Part shown: positions 49,712 through 58,018 of the stretch, one piece after another
Position numbering within the stretch: the first letter of the stretch is position 1
Layout: each line of letters opens with the position of its first letter
NCBI GenBank assembly: GCA_963820525.1
Contig: CAWGAA010000003.1
Span: forward strand, 640,001 to 704,000
Direction of reading: 5' to 3'
DNA: 64,000 nucleotides
DNA from: an uncultured Spirochaetota bacterium
GTDB lineage: Bacteria > Spirochaetota > Spirochaetia > SZUA-6 > Fen-1364
Notes under the pieces: model-generated
The model's input: the letters and a program-made list of their open reading frames with translations, nothing else
What the model was told of the DNA's origin: nothing
Database searches by the model: none
Program-made: the position numbers and the translations under genes

Positions 49712-50567
49712 AAAGCCCCAGCGAGCAAACGAGTATAAGAGCGAGCAAGTTGAACTGGTAAGAGCAACCTGTTTATACATCGCGACCAAATTCGGCGATT
49801 TAATGGATGACGAGGTTGTGGTGATCGGTGGGCTGGTCCCATCATTGTTGATTGATTCAAAAGAACTCCCCGAGGGGATCTCCGCGCATGTTGGAACCAT
49901 GGATTTGGATGTGGGACTGAAACTCGCTGTTCTCGATGAGGGGCGGTACCGCACGCTGACCGGGCGATTGCGCGAAGCAGGCTTTGAGCAAGATCGCAAC
50001 GACGAGGGAAAGCCGACGCGACAGCGATGGCTGCTGAAAGAGCCTACCTCTGTGACTGTGGACTTTCTTATTCCACCCTCCTGCAAAACAGATCGAGGAG
50101 GGAGCCTTCGCAACATTGAAAAGGACTTTGCAGCCGTGATTGCGCCCGGGCTCGCACTGGCATTTCAAGACAGGCGTCAGGTTACTCTGGAAGGAGTGAC
50201 CATAATGGGCGAAAAAGCAAGCCGTAAGATATGGGTTTGTGGCCCGGGTGCATTTGTTATCCTGAAAGCTCTCTCCTTTCGAGAGCGCGGCGAGGGCAAG
50301 GACGCCTATGACTTGTACTACGTTGTGCGTAATTTTGGGCAGGGCGTTGAAGATGTGGCAGCGTCTTTTCGGCCGCTGCTTCAAGACAGTGACGCGATAC
50401 AGGCTGTTAAAATTCTGCGAGGGGACTTTCTTAATCTTGACGGGCTCGGCCCCCACCGCGTTGCTCAATTCTTGCTAGGTAAGCGGGATGATGCAGTTCA
50501 AGCTGATGTTGCAGGCTTTATTCGACAGTTGCTCAACAAATGCGATCTGTTAAGCAAGGGCCGATAG
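49704..50567 (+). CDS. AbiEii-like nucleotidyltransferase toxin
   Basis: VVIGGL, GTMDLDV, VDFL, LKA..FRER..GKDAYDLYY; overlaps the antitoxin stop. Confidence 0.75.
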   Translation: MAKKPQRANEYKSEQVELVRATCLYIATKFGDLMDDEVVVIGGLVPSLLIDSKELPEGISAHVGTMDLDVGLKLAVLDEGRYRTLTGRLREAGFEQDRNDEGKPTRQRWLLKEPTSVTVDFLIPPSCKTDRGGSLRNIEKDFAAVIAPGLALAFQDRRQVTLEGVTIMGEKASRKIWVCGPGAFVILKALSFRERGEGKDAYDLYYVVRNFGQGVEDVAASFRPLLQDSDAIQAVKILRGDFLNLDGLGPHRVAQFLLGKRDDAVQADVAGFIRQLLNKCDLLSKGR

Positions 50568-50575
50568 CAGGACCG

Positions 50576-51055
50576 TCAGGCGCCGCCCTTGCTCTCCGCT
50601 TTCCTCCAGAGGAGGAAAGCGCCGGCCGAGGTGAGAAGAAGGCCGCACGCGGCAATCATCCGAGGGAGCACCAAGGGGTGGCTCACCCGCTCTCCCGCTG
50701 CTTCGACAACGAGCGCCGTTGCGTGGATATCCATGTCGCCGCCGTGCTCGCGGCAGCTCCTGTTGAAGATACCGCTCACCCGCACCCGGTCCCCCCTTTG
50801 GTAATACGATCCGAAGCTGCGGCCGGCGGTGAACAGGACGCGGGGGAGCCACACGCCGAGGGCACCGGCGCCGTCGCTCACGTTCACCCAGAGGTGATCC
50901 CCGCGCGGCATCGGGTCCCCAATAAGCTCGCCGCTGAACGTGAGAAGCTCTCCGTCGTGCGCTTTGGCGTTTTCGATCAGATCGGCGCTCGATGCCTGGG
51001 CAAAGAGCGGAATCGAGATAAAAGCACCGAACAGTATCAGAGCGCCGCGCCTCAC
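50576..51055 (-). CDS. Exported OB-fold-like protein with C-terminal TM, last gene of the trk operon
   Basis: GTG overlaps the trkH stop; signal peptide; GELIGD, GDRVRVSGIF, CREHGGDMDIH; C-terminal TM. Confidence 0.7.
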   Translation of the reverse strand: MRRGALILFGAFISIPLFAQASSADLIENAKAHDGELLTFSGELIGDPMPRGDHLWVNVSDGAGALGVWLPRVLFTAGRSFGSYYQRGDRVRVSGIFNRSCREHGGDMDIHATALVVEAAGERVSHPLVLPRMIAACGLLLTSAGAFLLWRKAESKGGA

Positions 51056-52557
51056 GACTTCCTCCTGACTGTGGAGACGATGAAGCCGGCGAGCGCCAGG
51101 ACCGCCACGAACTCCAGCCTCCCCGCCCACATGCCGAAGATGTAGGTCGCCTTCATAACCGCGGGCATGGAAGGGGCCGTGACGCCGATGGAAAGCCCGA
51201 CGTTTCCCGCAACCGATGCGGACTCGAACGCCGCGCTGAGCAGGGGATAGCCGCAGAGGTTGCCCACGAGGGTATTGAGCGCGAAGAGGGCCATATACAT
51301 GATCACGATAAGCGCGGCGCTGCGCACCTGCGCCTCGCCGAGGGTCTGGTCCTTGAGGTAGTGGAAGCGCTGGACGAACACCGCGGATGCCGGCTTCAAG
51401 AGCCTGCGGGCTTCCTGCACAAGGGCGTTCCAGAGGATGCCGATGCGCAGGCCCTTGAACCCGCCCGCCGTCGAGCAGGCGCTCCCCCCGAAGAGCATCG
51501 CGAGGATCATGGCGAAAAGCGCCACGTCCCCCCATTCCGTCGCGAGCTGGCGCGCATAAACCGTCATGAAACCGGTGGTGGTGTGCCCCGAGACGAGCTG
51601 AAAGAAGCCCTTTCGAAACAGGGCCACCGCGCCAGGGTACACGCCGAGCTTGACGAGGCCGTAGCAGGCCACGACGGTGAGCACGATGAGGGTGGTGGAA
51701 AAGGAGACCGTCTCGATATTCCTGGCGATCTCTTTCCTGTTTCCCGTCCACACGGCATGGTGCAGCGCGAAGTTGAAGGAACCGATGACAAAGAACACGA
51801 GGCCCGTCACCTCGTAGAGAGCGCTGTGATAATAGAGGATATTCTGTGACATCGGGGCGAAGCCCCCCGTGCTCCATGCCGCCATGTAGACCCACAGGCC
51901 ATGGAGCAGGCCGGCTACGGGCGGAAGCCCGATCGCCATCCCGGCTGCCCAGAGAGCGGCGGTGCCGACGGCGAGGTACACGAGGCTTATCTTCCAGATG
52001 GCCCGCGCCGTGTGAAGCACGCTGGGGAAAAGCCGCTCGTCCTTGGCCTCGCCGACGTAGAGCTTGTATCCTCCCGCGGCATCCTTCACCAGGAAGCTCA
52101 GGGCGAGCACGATGACGCCCTGCCCTCCGATAAAGGTGAGCAGGTGACGCCACATGTTCACGCTTCGCGAGACGTGGTCGAGGTCCTGGATGAGCGTGAG
52201 GCCCGTGGTCGTGAAGCCGCTCATCACGTCGAACATGCAGTCGAGGTAGCCGCCGTAGTGGCCGCTCAGGCCGTACGGGATCGCCGCCATGGCCATGACG
52301 GCGAGCCAGGAGAATGCTGCGGTCACCATGCCGTGCATCCACGTGGGCCGCGCGCCTTTGGCTCCCAGGGCCGCAAGCCCGCAGCCAACGGTGAGCGCGG
52401 CGCCCAGGCCGATCGTGAAATCGAATGCCGCGGCCCACTCGCCGAACGCCAGCGCGGTGGCAAGCGGCACGAGCATCAGAAGGCCGACGCCGACTATGAC
52501 CTTCCCCGTGTACGAGAGGATGATCCTGAAATCATGCGCGCGCGGCGAAGATATCAT
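51052..52557 (-). CDS. trkH: TrkH-family K+ uptake membrane protein
   Basis: SGFTTTG, FIGGQG, WSTGGF, HTTTGF, GGSACSTAGGFK, GNVGLS, GRLE. Confidence 0.93.
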   Translation of the reverse strand: MISSPRAHDFRIILSYTGKVIVGVGLLMLVPLATALAFGEWAAAFDFTIGLGAALTVGCGLAALGAKGARPTWMHGMVTAAFSWLAVMAMAAIPYGLSGHYGGYLDCMFDVMSGFTTTGLTLIQDLDHVSRSVNMWRHLLTFIGGQGVIVLALSFLVKDAAGGYKLYVGEAKDERLFPSVLHTARAIWKISLVYLAVGTAALWAAGMAIGLPPVAGLLHGLWVYMAAWSTGGFAPMSQNILYYHSALYEVTGLVFFVIGSFNFALHHAVWTGNRKEIARNIETVSFSTTLIVLTVVACYGLVKLGVYPGAVALFRKGFFQLVSGHTTTGFMTVYARQLATEWGDVALFAMILAMLFGGSACSTAGGFKGLRIGILWNALVQEARRLLKPASAVFVQRFHYLKDQTLGEAQVRSAALIVIMYMALFALNTLVGNLCGYPLLSAAFESASVAGNVGLSIGVTAPSMPAVMKATYIFGMWAGRLEFVAVLALAGFIVSTVRRKS

Positions 52558-52560
52558 CTT

Positions 52561-52698
52561 TTACAGGAGTTCCAACAGGATGCAGACAAGCAAGCCGGCA
52601 AGGGCCAGGAGCAGCACGAAGCCCGCCTCAATAAGAATGCCCAGGCACATCCCGCCATCCCGCAGGCCGGAGCCGACGCTCTTCACGAGCCGCTTCAT
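52561..52698 (-). CDS. Small single-TM membrane protein (45 aa)
   Basis: MKRLVKSVGSGLRDGGMCLGILIEAGFVLLLALAGLLVCILLELL*; ATGA overlap with the trkA stop and 3 nt gap to the trkH ATG. Confidence 0.75.
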   Translation of the reverse strand: MKRLVKSVGSGLRDGGMCLGILIEAGFVLLLALAGLLVCILLELL

Positions 52699-53360
52699 CC
52701 CGACTCTCCCAGGAGGAGCTTCCTCAGGGGCTCCAGGGAAGCCCGCCGGGCCAGGGCGAAGATCCTGTCACCCGCCTCGATAACCGTTTTCCCGCGCGGG
52801 AAAAAGATCCTCCCGTCGTGGATCACGGTGATGAGCACGCATTCCTCGGGAAGGCTGAGCTGGGAAACGGCCACGCCGGCGACGGGGGAGTCTTCCTTCA
52901 CCTCGACTTCCGTTATCTCCGCGTCCCCCTGCTGAAAGATCGAGAAAAACCGCATCCCGGTGAGCGGGAGGGCGTTCTCGATCATCTGGGCCGCCAGGGC
53001 GGTCGTGCTTACCGTGGCGTCCACTCCAAGGAGCTTGAAAATAGATTGGTTGTTCGGGTTGCTCACGCGGGCGATGGTGTTGGGGGTCTTGAAATGCTTC
53101 TTGGCGAGCTGGCAGATGACGAGGTTCTCCTCGTCCCTGCCGGTGAGCGCCACCACGTAGCCCGCTTCCTGCGCCCCTGCGTCCCGGAGCGTCTCGATAT
53201 CTGTTCCGTCGCCGCTTGTCACGGTTATCTCGAGGTCTTCCGCCACGACGCGGCACCGGCTCTCGTCCTTTTCGACGATGCCCACGGAGTACCGGGAAGC
53301 GAGGAGGGTCTTGGCGAGGTAGTAACCGACATTGCCGCAGCCGACGATGAGGATGTACAT
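52695..53360 (-). CDS. trkA: TrkA/KtrA RCK regulatory subunit
   Basis: IVGCGNVG, GDGT, TGRDEEN, IARV, RCK_C domain. Confidence 0.9.
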   Translation of the reverse strand: MYILIVGCGNVGYYLAKTLLASRYSVGIVEKDESRCRVVAEDLEITVTSGDGTDIETLRDAGAQEAGYVVALTGRDEENLVICQLAKKHFKTPNTIARVSNPNNQSIFKLLGVDATVSTTALAAQMIENALPLTGMRFFSIFQQGDAEITEVEVKEDSPVAGVAVSQLSLPEECVLITVIHDGRIFFPRGKTVIEAGDRIFALARRASLEPLRKLLLGESG

Positions 53361-53370
53361 GACGTGCGCC

Positions 53371-53979
53371 TCAGCCGCGGTGGTTTCTGAGAAGGATCAG
53401 AGTATCGTCTTTTTCGATTGGCCGTCCCTGATCGATATCCGGCGATCCATCGCGGCGGACAACTCCGACGAGCCTGCGTTCATCGCCAAGATCGATCTTT
53501 CCCGCCGGCCTGCCTACCCATTCCGGAAGCGGCCTGACTCCGACCAGGTCGGGGTCGATGTAGCCTGCCAGGGGCGCGAAGAGGTTTTTTTGAATGAGCC
53601 CGAGGATCTGGTTGATGCCCGTCGTTGTGGGGCATACCGTGCTCAATCCCATGCCCTTGTAGAACTTTTCCCTCTCGCCGTCCGACACGCGCGCAAGAAC
53701 CATGGGAACATGAAAGACTTCCTTTGCGATCTGGATGGCCATGATGTTGAGGTTATCGTCCGCCGTCGCCGCGACGAAAAGCTGGGCTTTTTCGATCCCC
53801 GCCTTCTTGAGAACGTCCTCGTCTATGGGGCTTCCGCTCACCGTCACGCCGTCGAAATCGTTTCCCAGGCGTTTGAGGTCGATGGATTCGGCCACCACGA
53901 CGACGTCCTTGCCCTGGGCGGAGAGAACCTTCGCGAGCCCCGCGCCGAGCCGGCCGCAGCCCGCCACGATAACGAACAT
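53371..53979 (-). CDS. trkA: Second TrkA/KtrA RCK regulatory subunit
   Basis: VAGCGRLG, LKKAGIE, ATADDNLN, VLARV, VCPT. Confidence 0.88.
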   Translation of the reverse strand: MFVIVAGCGRLGAGLAKVLSAQGKDVVVVAESIDLKRLGNDFDGVTVSGSPIDEDVLKKAGIEKAQLFVAATADDNLNIMAIQIAKEVFHVPMVLARVSDGEREKFYKGMGLSTVCPTTTGINQILGLIQKNLFAPLAGYIDPDLVGVRPLPEWVGRPAGKIDLGDERRLVGVVRRDGSPDIDQGRPIEKDDTLILLRNHRG

Positions 53980-53985
53980 ATCTCC

Positions 53986-54066
53986 ATCATAGACGTGAGG
54001 CCCGGCGAAGAACCATTCGCGGGATGCTAATGTTTTACTCCGGGACGCTAGGAAAGCGCTAAAAAG
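53986..54066 (-). promoter_or_regulatory. trk promoter: -10 TATGAT plus three direct-repeat boxes matching the kdp promoter
   Basis: GCTA cores at 54026, 54047 and 54058; TATGAT 6 nt before the ATG. Confidence 0.7.
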
Positions 54067-54190
54067 AGCGAGGGAGAGGCCACGGGACGTCGGTCGCAGC
54101 CGCAGGCTCAAGGAACGCCTTCGGGAGCGCGCTTCTCTTGCCCGGCCTCCCCTTCATCGAGTAGGTTAGACTGGTCGCGGGGAGGAAGGG

Positions 54191-55048
54191 ATGAACGTCA
54201 ACGGCAAGGTGGTCATGATCACGGGCGCGTCCAAGGGCATTGGCCGCGAGCTTGCCCGGATTCTCATCGGGCAGGGCGCGCGGGTGGCGCTCCTTGCCCG
54301 CAGCGCGAAAGCCCTGGAGGATCTCGCGGCGGAGCTTTCGATGGCGGGAGCCGAAGCGCCCAGGGCAATCCGCGCAACCTCCCCGCAGGCGGCTCTTGCC
54401 CTCGCCGCGGATGTTACCGATAGGCAGGCGGTCGAGAGGGCGGTGGGCAGGACGCTTTCCCACTTCAGCCGCCTCGATGTTCTAGTGAACTGCGCCGGGG
54501 TCGGATACTTCGGACCGGTCGAAAGCATGGACATGAAGGATTTCGATACGCTGGTGAAAACGAACCTCAACGGCCTGCTCAACGTCACGCAGGCCGCGCT
54601 CCCGGCGCTCAAGGAGTCCCATGGCATGATCGTGAACATTTCATCCGGGCTTGCCATGCGGGCTCTCCCATTCCTGGCCGCTTACTCCGGCACAAAGAGC
54701 ATGGTGAACGCCATTTCGGATGGGATGCGCCTCGAGCTCGCCCCCTACGGCGTCCGGGTTCTCACGTTCTGTCCGCCATCCACGGACACGGGCTTCGACA
54801 GGAACGCCATCAAGGGAGCTGGAATGGAGAAGGTCAGCCTCGAGGACCTGAAATCAGAGAAGGTGGAGAAGGTGGCCGCGGATATCGCGGCCGCCATCCG
54901 CTCCGAAAAGAGGCAGGCGGGCGGCGGCTTCTTCAGGGTCATGAACGCCCTTGCTCCGAAGCTCCTCGACCGCATGTTCTTGAATATGGCGACGCGCGTG
55001 GGGACCGAGGCCGGGATCTTCCCGCGGCAGGCCGCCAGCGGGCGGTAA
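54191..55048 (+). CDS. SDR oxidoreductase
   Basis: ITGASKGIG, VNCAG, NISS, YSGTK. Confidence 0.92.
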   Translation: MNVNGKVVMITGASKGIGRELARILIGQGARVALLARSAKALEDLAAELSMAGAEAPRAIRATSPQAALALAADVTDRQAVERAVGRTLSHFSRLDVLVNCAGVGYFGPVESMDMKDFDTLVKTNLNGLLNVTQAALPALKESHGMIVNISSGLAMRALPFLAAYSGTKSMVNAISDGMRLELAPYGVRVLTFCPPSTDTGFDRNAIKGAGMEKVSLEDLKSEKVEKVAADIAAAIRSEKRQAGGGFFRVMNALAPKLLDRMFLNMATRVGTEAGIFPRQAASGR

Positions 55049-55108
55049 ACACGCCCGCGCGCAACAAAATCTTGCGCGCCCCCTCGGAGAGGATTACACT
55101 CCCCGTCT

Positions 55109-55774
55109 ATGAAGAGACTCACACTCGCCCTGCTTGCGCTTCTCTGCGTTTTCGCCGTTATCGCCTGCGGCACGACATCGCCCGCCACGGCCGCCTCGCC
55201 CGGCGCAACCCGGAAAGCTGCCGCCCCGACTGAAGTGAAGCTCATCGACAACTGCGAGGGCCAGGGTATCGGGGGAGAGTGGGCCGTGTACAGCGACGCA
55301 GAAAACGACGGCGGAAGCTCGACGTCAGAGCCCAAACCTTTTATGCTTCAAAACGACCCCAGCAATGGGGCCGACGGCACCAATGGGTACGCAAAGTGCT
55401 GGGGCACCGTGACAAAGCAGTATCAGTATGGATTCTCGGGGCTCACATACAATTTCACCAAGGACGAAAGCCCCATCGACATCAGCTCCTACACCGGCTA
55501 TATATTCTGGATGAAGGGCGACGGCGGGTTCTACAACTTCGCCATCAAGAGCCCCGTCAACAAGGATTTCGCCTACTATGAGTACGGCATCAAGATCTCC
55601 ACGGAGTGGAAGAGGTACATGATTCCCTTCACGAAGTTCTTCCAGGAGACATGGGGCCAGACGAAGTCTCCGGAGGAATGCCTTGCGGCCTCCAGCGGCT
55701 TCCAGATCCAGACCGTGGGCCAGCCGATCAGCCATTTCGAGTTCTCCATAGACGAGGTATCCCTCTACAAGTGA
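55109..55774 (+). CDS. Lipoprotein with CIA30/CBM11-like carbohydrate-binding domain
   Basis: VIAC lipobox; WAVYSD..DGGSS, DISSYTG..FWMKGDG, EWKRYMIPF..F.Q..WG, IDEV. Confidence 0.75.
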   Translation: MKRLTLALLALLCVFAVIACGTTSPATAASPGATRKAAAPTEVKLIDNCEGQGIGGEWAVYSDAENDGGSSTSEPKPFMLQNDPSNGADGTNGYAKCWGTVTKQYQYGFSGLTYNFTKDESPIDISSYTGYIFWMKGDGGFYNFAIKSPVNKDFAYYEYGIKISTEWKRYMIPFTKFFQETWGQTKSPEECLAASSGFQIQTVGQPISHFEFSIDEVSLYK

Positions 55775-55865
55775 GGCGGTCCGAGAGGCCGCATAAATCA
55801 GCGGCTGAAGACCGCCGTCTCCGGCATTTGACTTCTCCAACAGGAATGAAGACGTTTTTCTTAAC

Positions 55866-57880
55866 ATGAGAAGAACACGCTTTTACTCACTCATTGCCGG
55901 GCTGACGGCCCTGCTGATCGTCGCAAGCGGCACTCCCGCAAGGGCGGCCGCCGGCGGTGAAACGGGCCCGACCGCGGCGGCCGGGGCGAATGGGCAGGCG
56001 CCGGAGTTTCCCACCGGTCTCGACTGGCTGAATACCGCCAGGCCGCTCACGATATCCGAGCTTCGCGGCAAGATAGTCCTCCTGGACTTCTGGACGTACG
56101 GCTGCATCAACTGCATCCATATAATTCCTGACCTCGAACGCCTGGAAAAGGAGTACCCGACGCAGCTTGTCATTATCGGGGTCCATTCGGCCAAATATTC
56201 CAACGAAGCGCTCACCGCCAACATCCGCGAGGTCATTCTGCGCTATGGGATCACGCACCCCGTGGTGAACGACAATGGCTACAAGATCTGGGACCTCTAC
56301 GGAGCCGAGGCATGGCCCACCCTTGTGCTGGTGGACCCGACCGGCAAGATTGTCAACAGCATGGCCGGTGAAGGAGTGTATGCGGCGTTCAAGCCCGCCA
56401 TCCAGTCCCTGGCCGACAGCTTCGCGAAGCGAAATCTCCTGAACCTCACCCCCCTCGCTGCGCTGGAGAAGCGCGAGGTGGCCCCCGACACGATCCTCGC
56501 CTTCCCCGGCAAGGTCGAATACGACGCGAAAAGCGACAGGGTCTTCATAGCGGACAGCAGCCACAACAGGATCGTGATCGCGAAAGCGGCGAGCGGGGAG
56601 ATCCTCGACATCGCCGGCGGCACCGATGCCGGGTTCAGTGACGGCAGCTTTGCCGACGCCCGCTTCAACTATCCCCAGGGCATGGCGCTCGCCGCGGACG
56701 GGAATACGCTCTACGTCGCGGATACGGACAACCATGCAATCAGAAAACTCGATCTTTCAGCGCGCACCGTAGTCACCTTCGACGGAACCGGCAAACAGGC
56801 CTCGGCGTATCCGCCGGCGCCCGGACGCGCCCCCTCTACGGCCTTGAGCTCCCCTGGGACCTTGCCCTGAGCGGAAGCACTCTCTTCATCGCAATGGCCG
56901 GCTCGCATCAGATCTGGACCGCGGACCTCAAGGATGGCTCCCTGCGCCGGCTTGCCGGAAGCGGCGCCGAAGGGACGCGGGATGGGGACGCCCAGACCGC
57001 TTCCCTCGCCCAACCCAGCGGGCTCTCCTGGGATGGGAAAGGCCGCCTGTATTTCGCGAACACCGAAGGCAACGCCGTTCGGTGGGTTGAGAACGGCGCT
57101 GCGGGATGGCAGGTGAGGGCCCTGGCCGGAAGCACCGGCAACCTCTTCGACTTCGGCGACAAGGACGGGGTGGGAACTGCCGCGCGCTTCCAGCATCCTC
57201 TGGGTGTCGTCGTGGTTGGAGATTCCCTCTTCGTGGCAGACGCCTACAACAGCAAAATAAAGAACGTCGACATCCGCACGGGACAGGTGGTCACGGTGGC
57301 GGGCAAGAGCAGCGGGTGGAAGGACGGCACCGATCCCCTGTTCGACGAGCCGGGCGGGATCAGCGCCGGACCGGGAGGGATGCTCCTGGTGGCGGACACC
57401 AACAACGACGCGATCCGCATCCTGGACCCCGCGCGGAATTCCTCGAAAACCCTGGTTCTCAAGGGAATAGAAAAGTTCGCCTTCTCCAAGGAGCAGGCAC
57501 CGGGCGTGAAGACTCTCAAGCAGCAGCTCACGCTCGCCCCGGGGAAGGACGTGATCCGCCTCACCATCACCGTGCCCCAGGGCTATGAGGTGAATCCCCA
57601 GGCCCCCTTTGCGATGCAGTGGTCCGCGGACGGGGGTACGCTTCGCCTGCCCGCCGACGCGAGCCGCTCCATCACCAATCCCGCCTTCCCGCTGGAGATC
57701 CCCGTGACCGCCGACGAGGGCACGGGCACTCTCACCGGCGATCTTTCCATTGTCTATTGCCGCGTGGACGAGGAAGGTGTCTGCATGCTGGACAGGGTGC
57801 GGATAGACCTTCCCTACACGGTGGGCCGGGGCGGACAGAGCTCGGCCGCGATCTCTTACGCCGTGGAGCTTCCCAAGTAG
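55866..57880 (+). CDS. Exported thioredoxin-like + NHL-repeat protein (NHLRC2/SOQ1-like), frameshift at about 56853
   Basis: LDFWTYGCINC, GVHSAK, AWPTLVL, FPGK, IADSSHNRI; one extra C in the C4 run restores SSPWDL..FIAMAGSHQIW; AQPSGL, FQHPLG. Confidence 0.88.
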
Positions 57881-58018
57881 CGGCCTGGCGGACAGGCCGA
57901 TGGATCACCACGAGCGCAGGCCCGCGCTTCTGTGCCAGATTCACCGACACGAGCGCGCCCCACGCTCGCGTCTCCCGTATGGATAACTGCATAATTTTCC
58001 GGTAGAATTCTCATTGAT

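Noticed and set aside
51056..52438. N-terminal extension of the 620-aa ORF 50576-52438
   Set aside because: Off-frame overlap with trkH; only the last 159 codons look coding
53980..54190. c-di-AMP (ydaO) riboswitch upstream of trk or kdp
   Set aside because: No recognisable consensus, and the promoter layout suggests no leader; an Rfam scan would settle it
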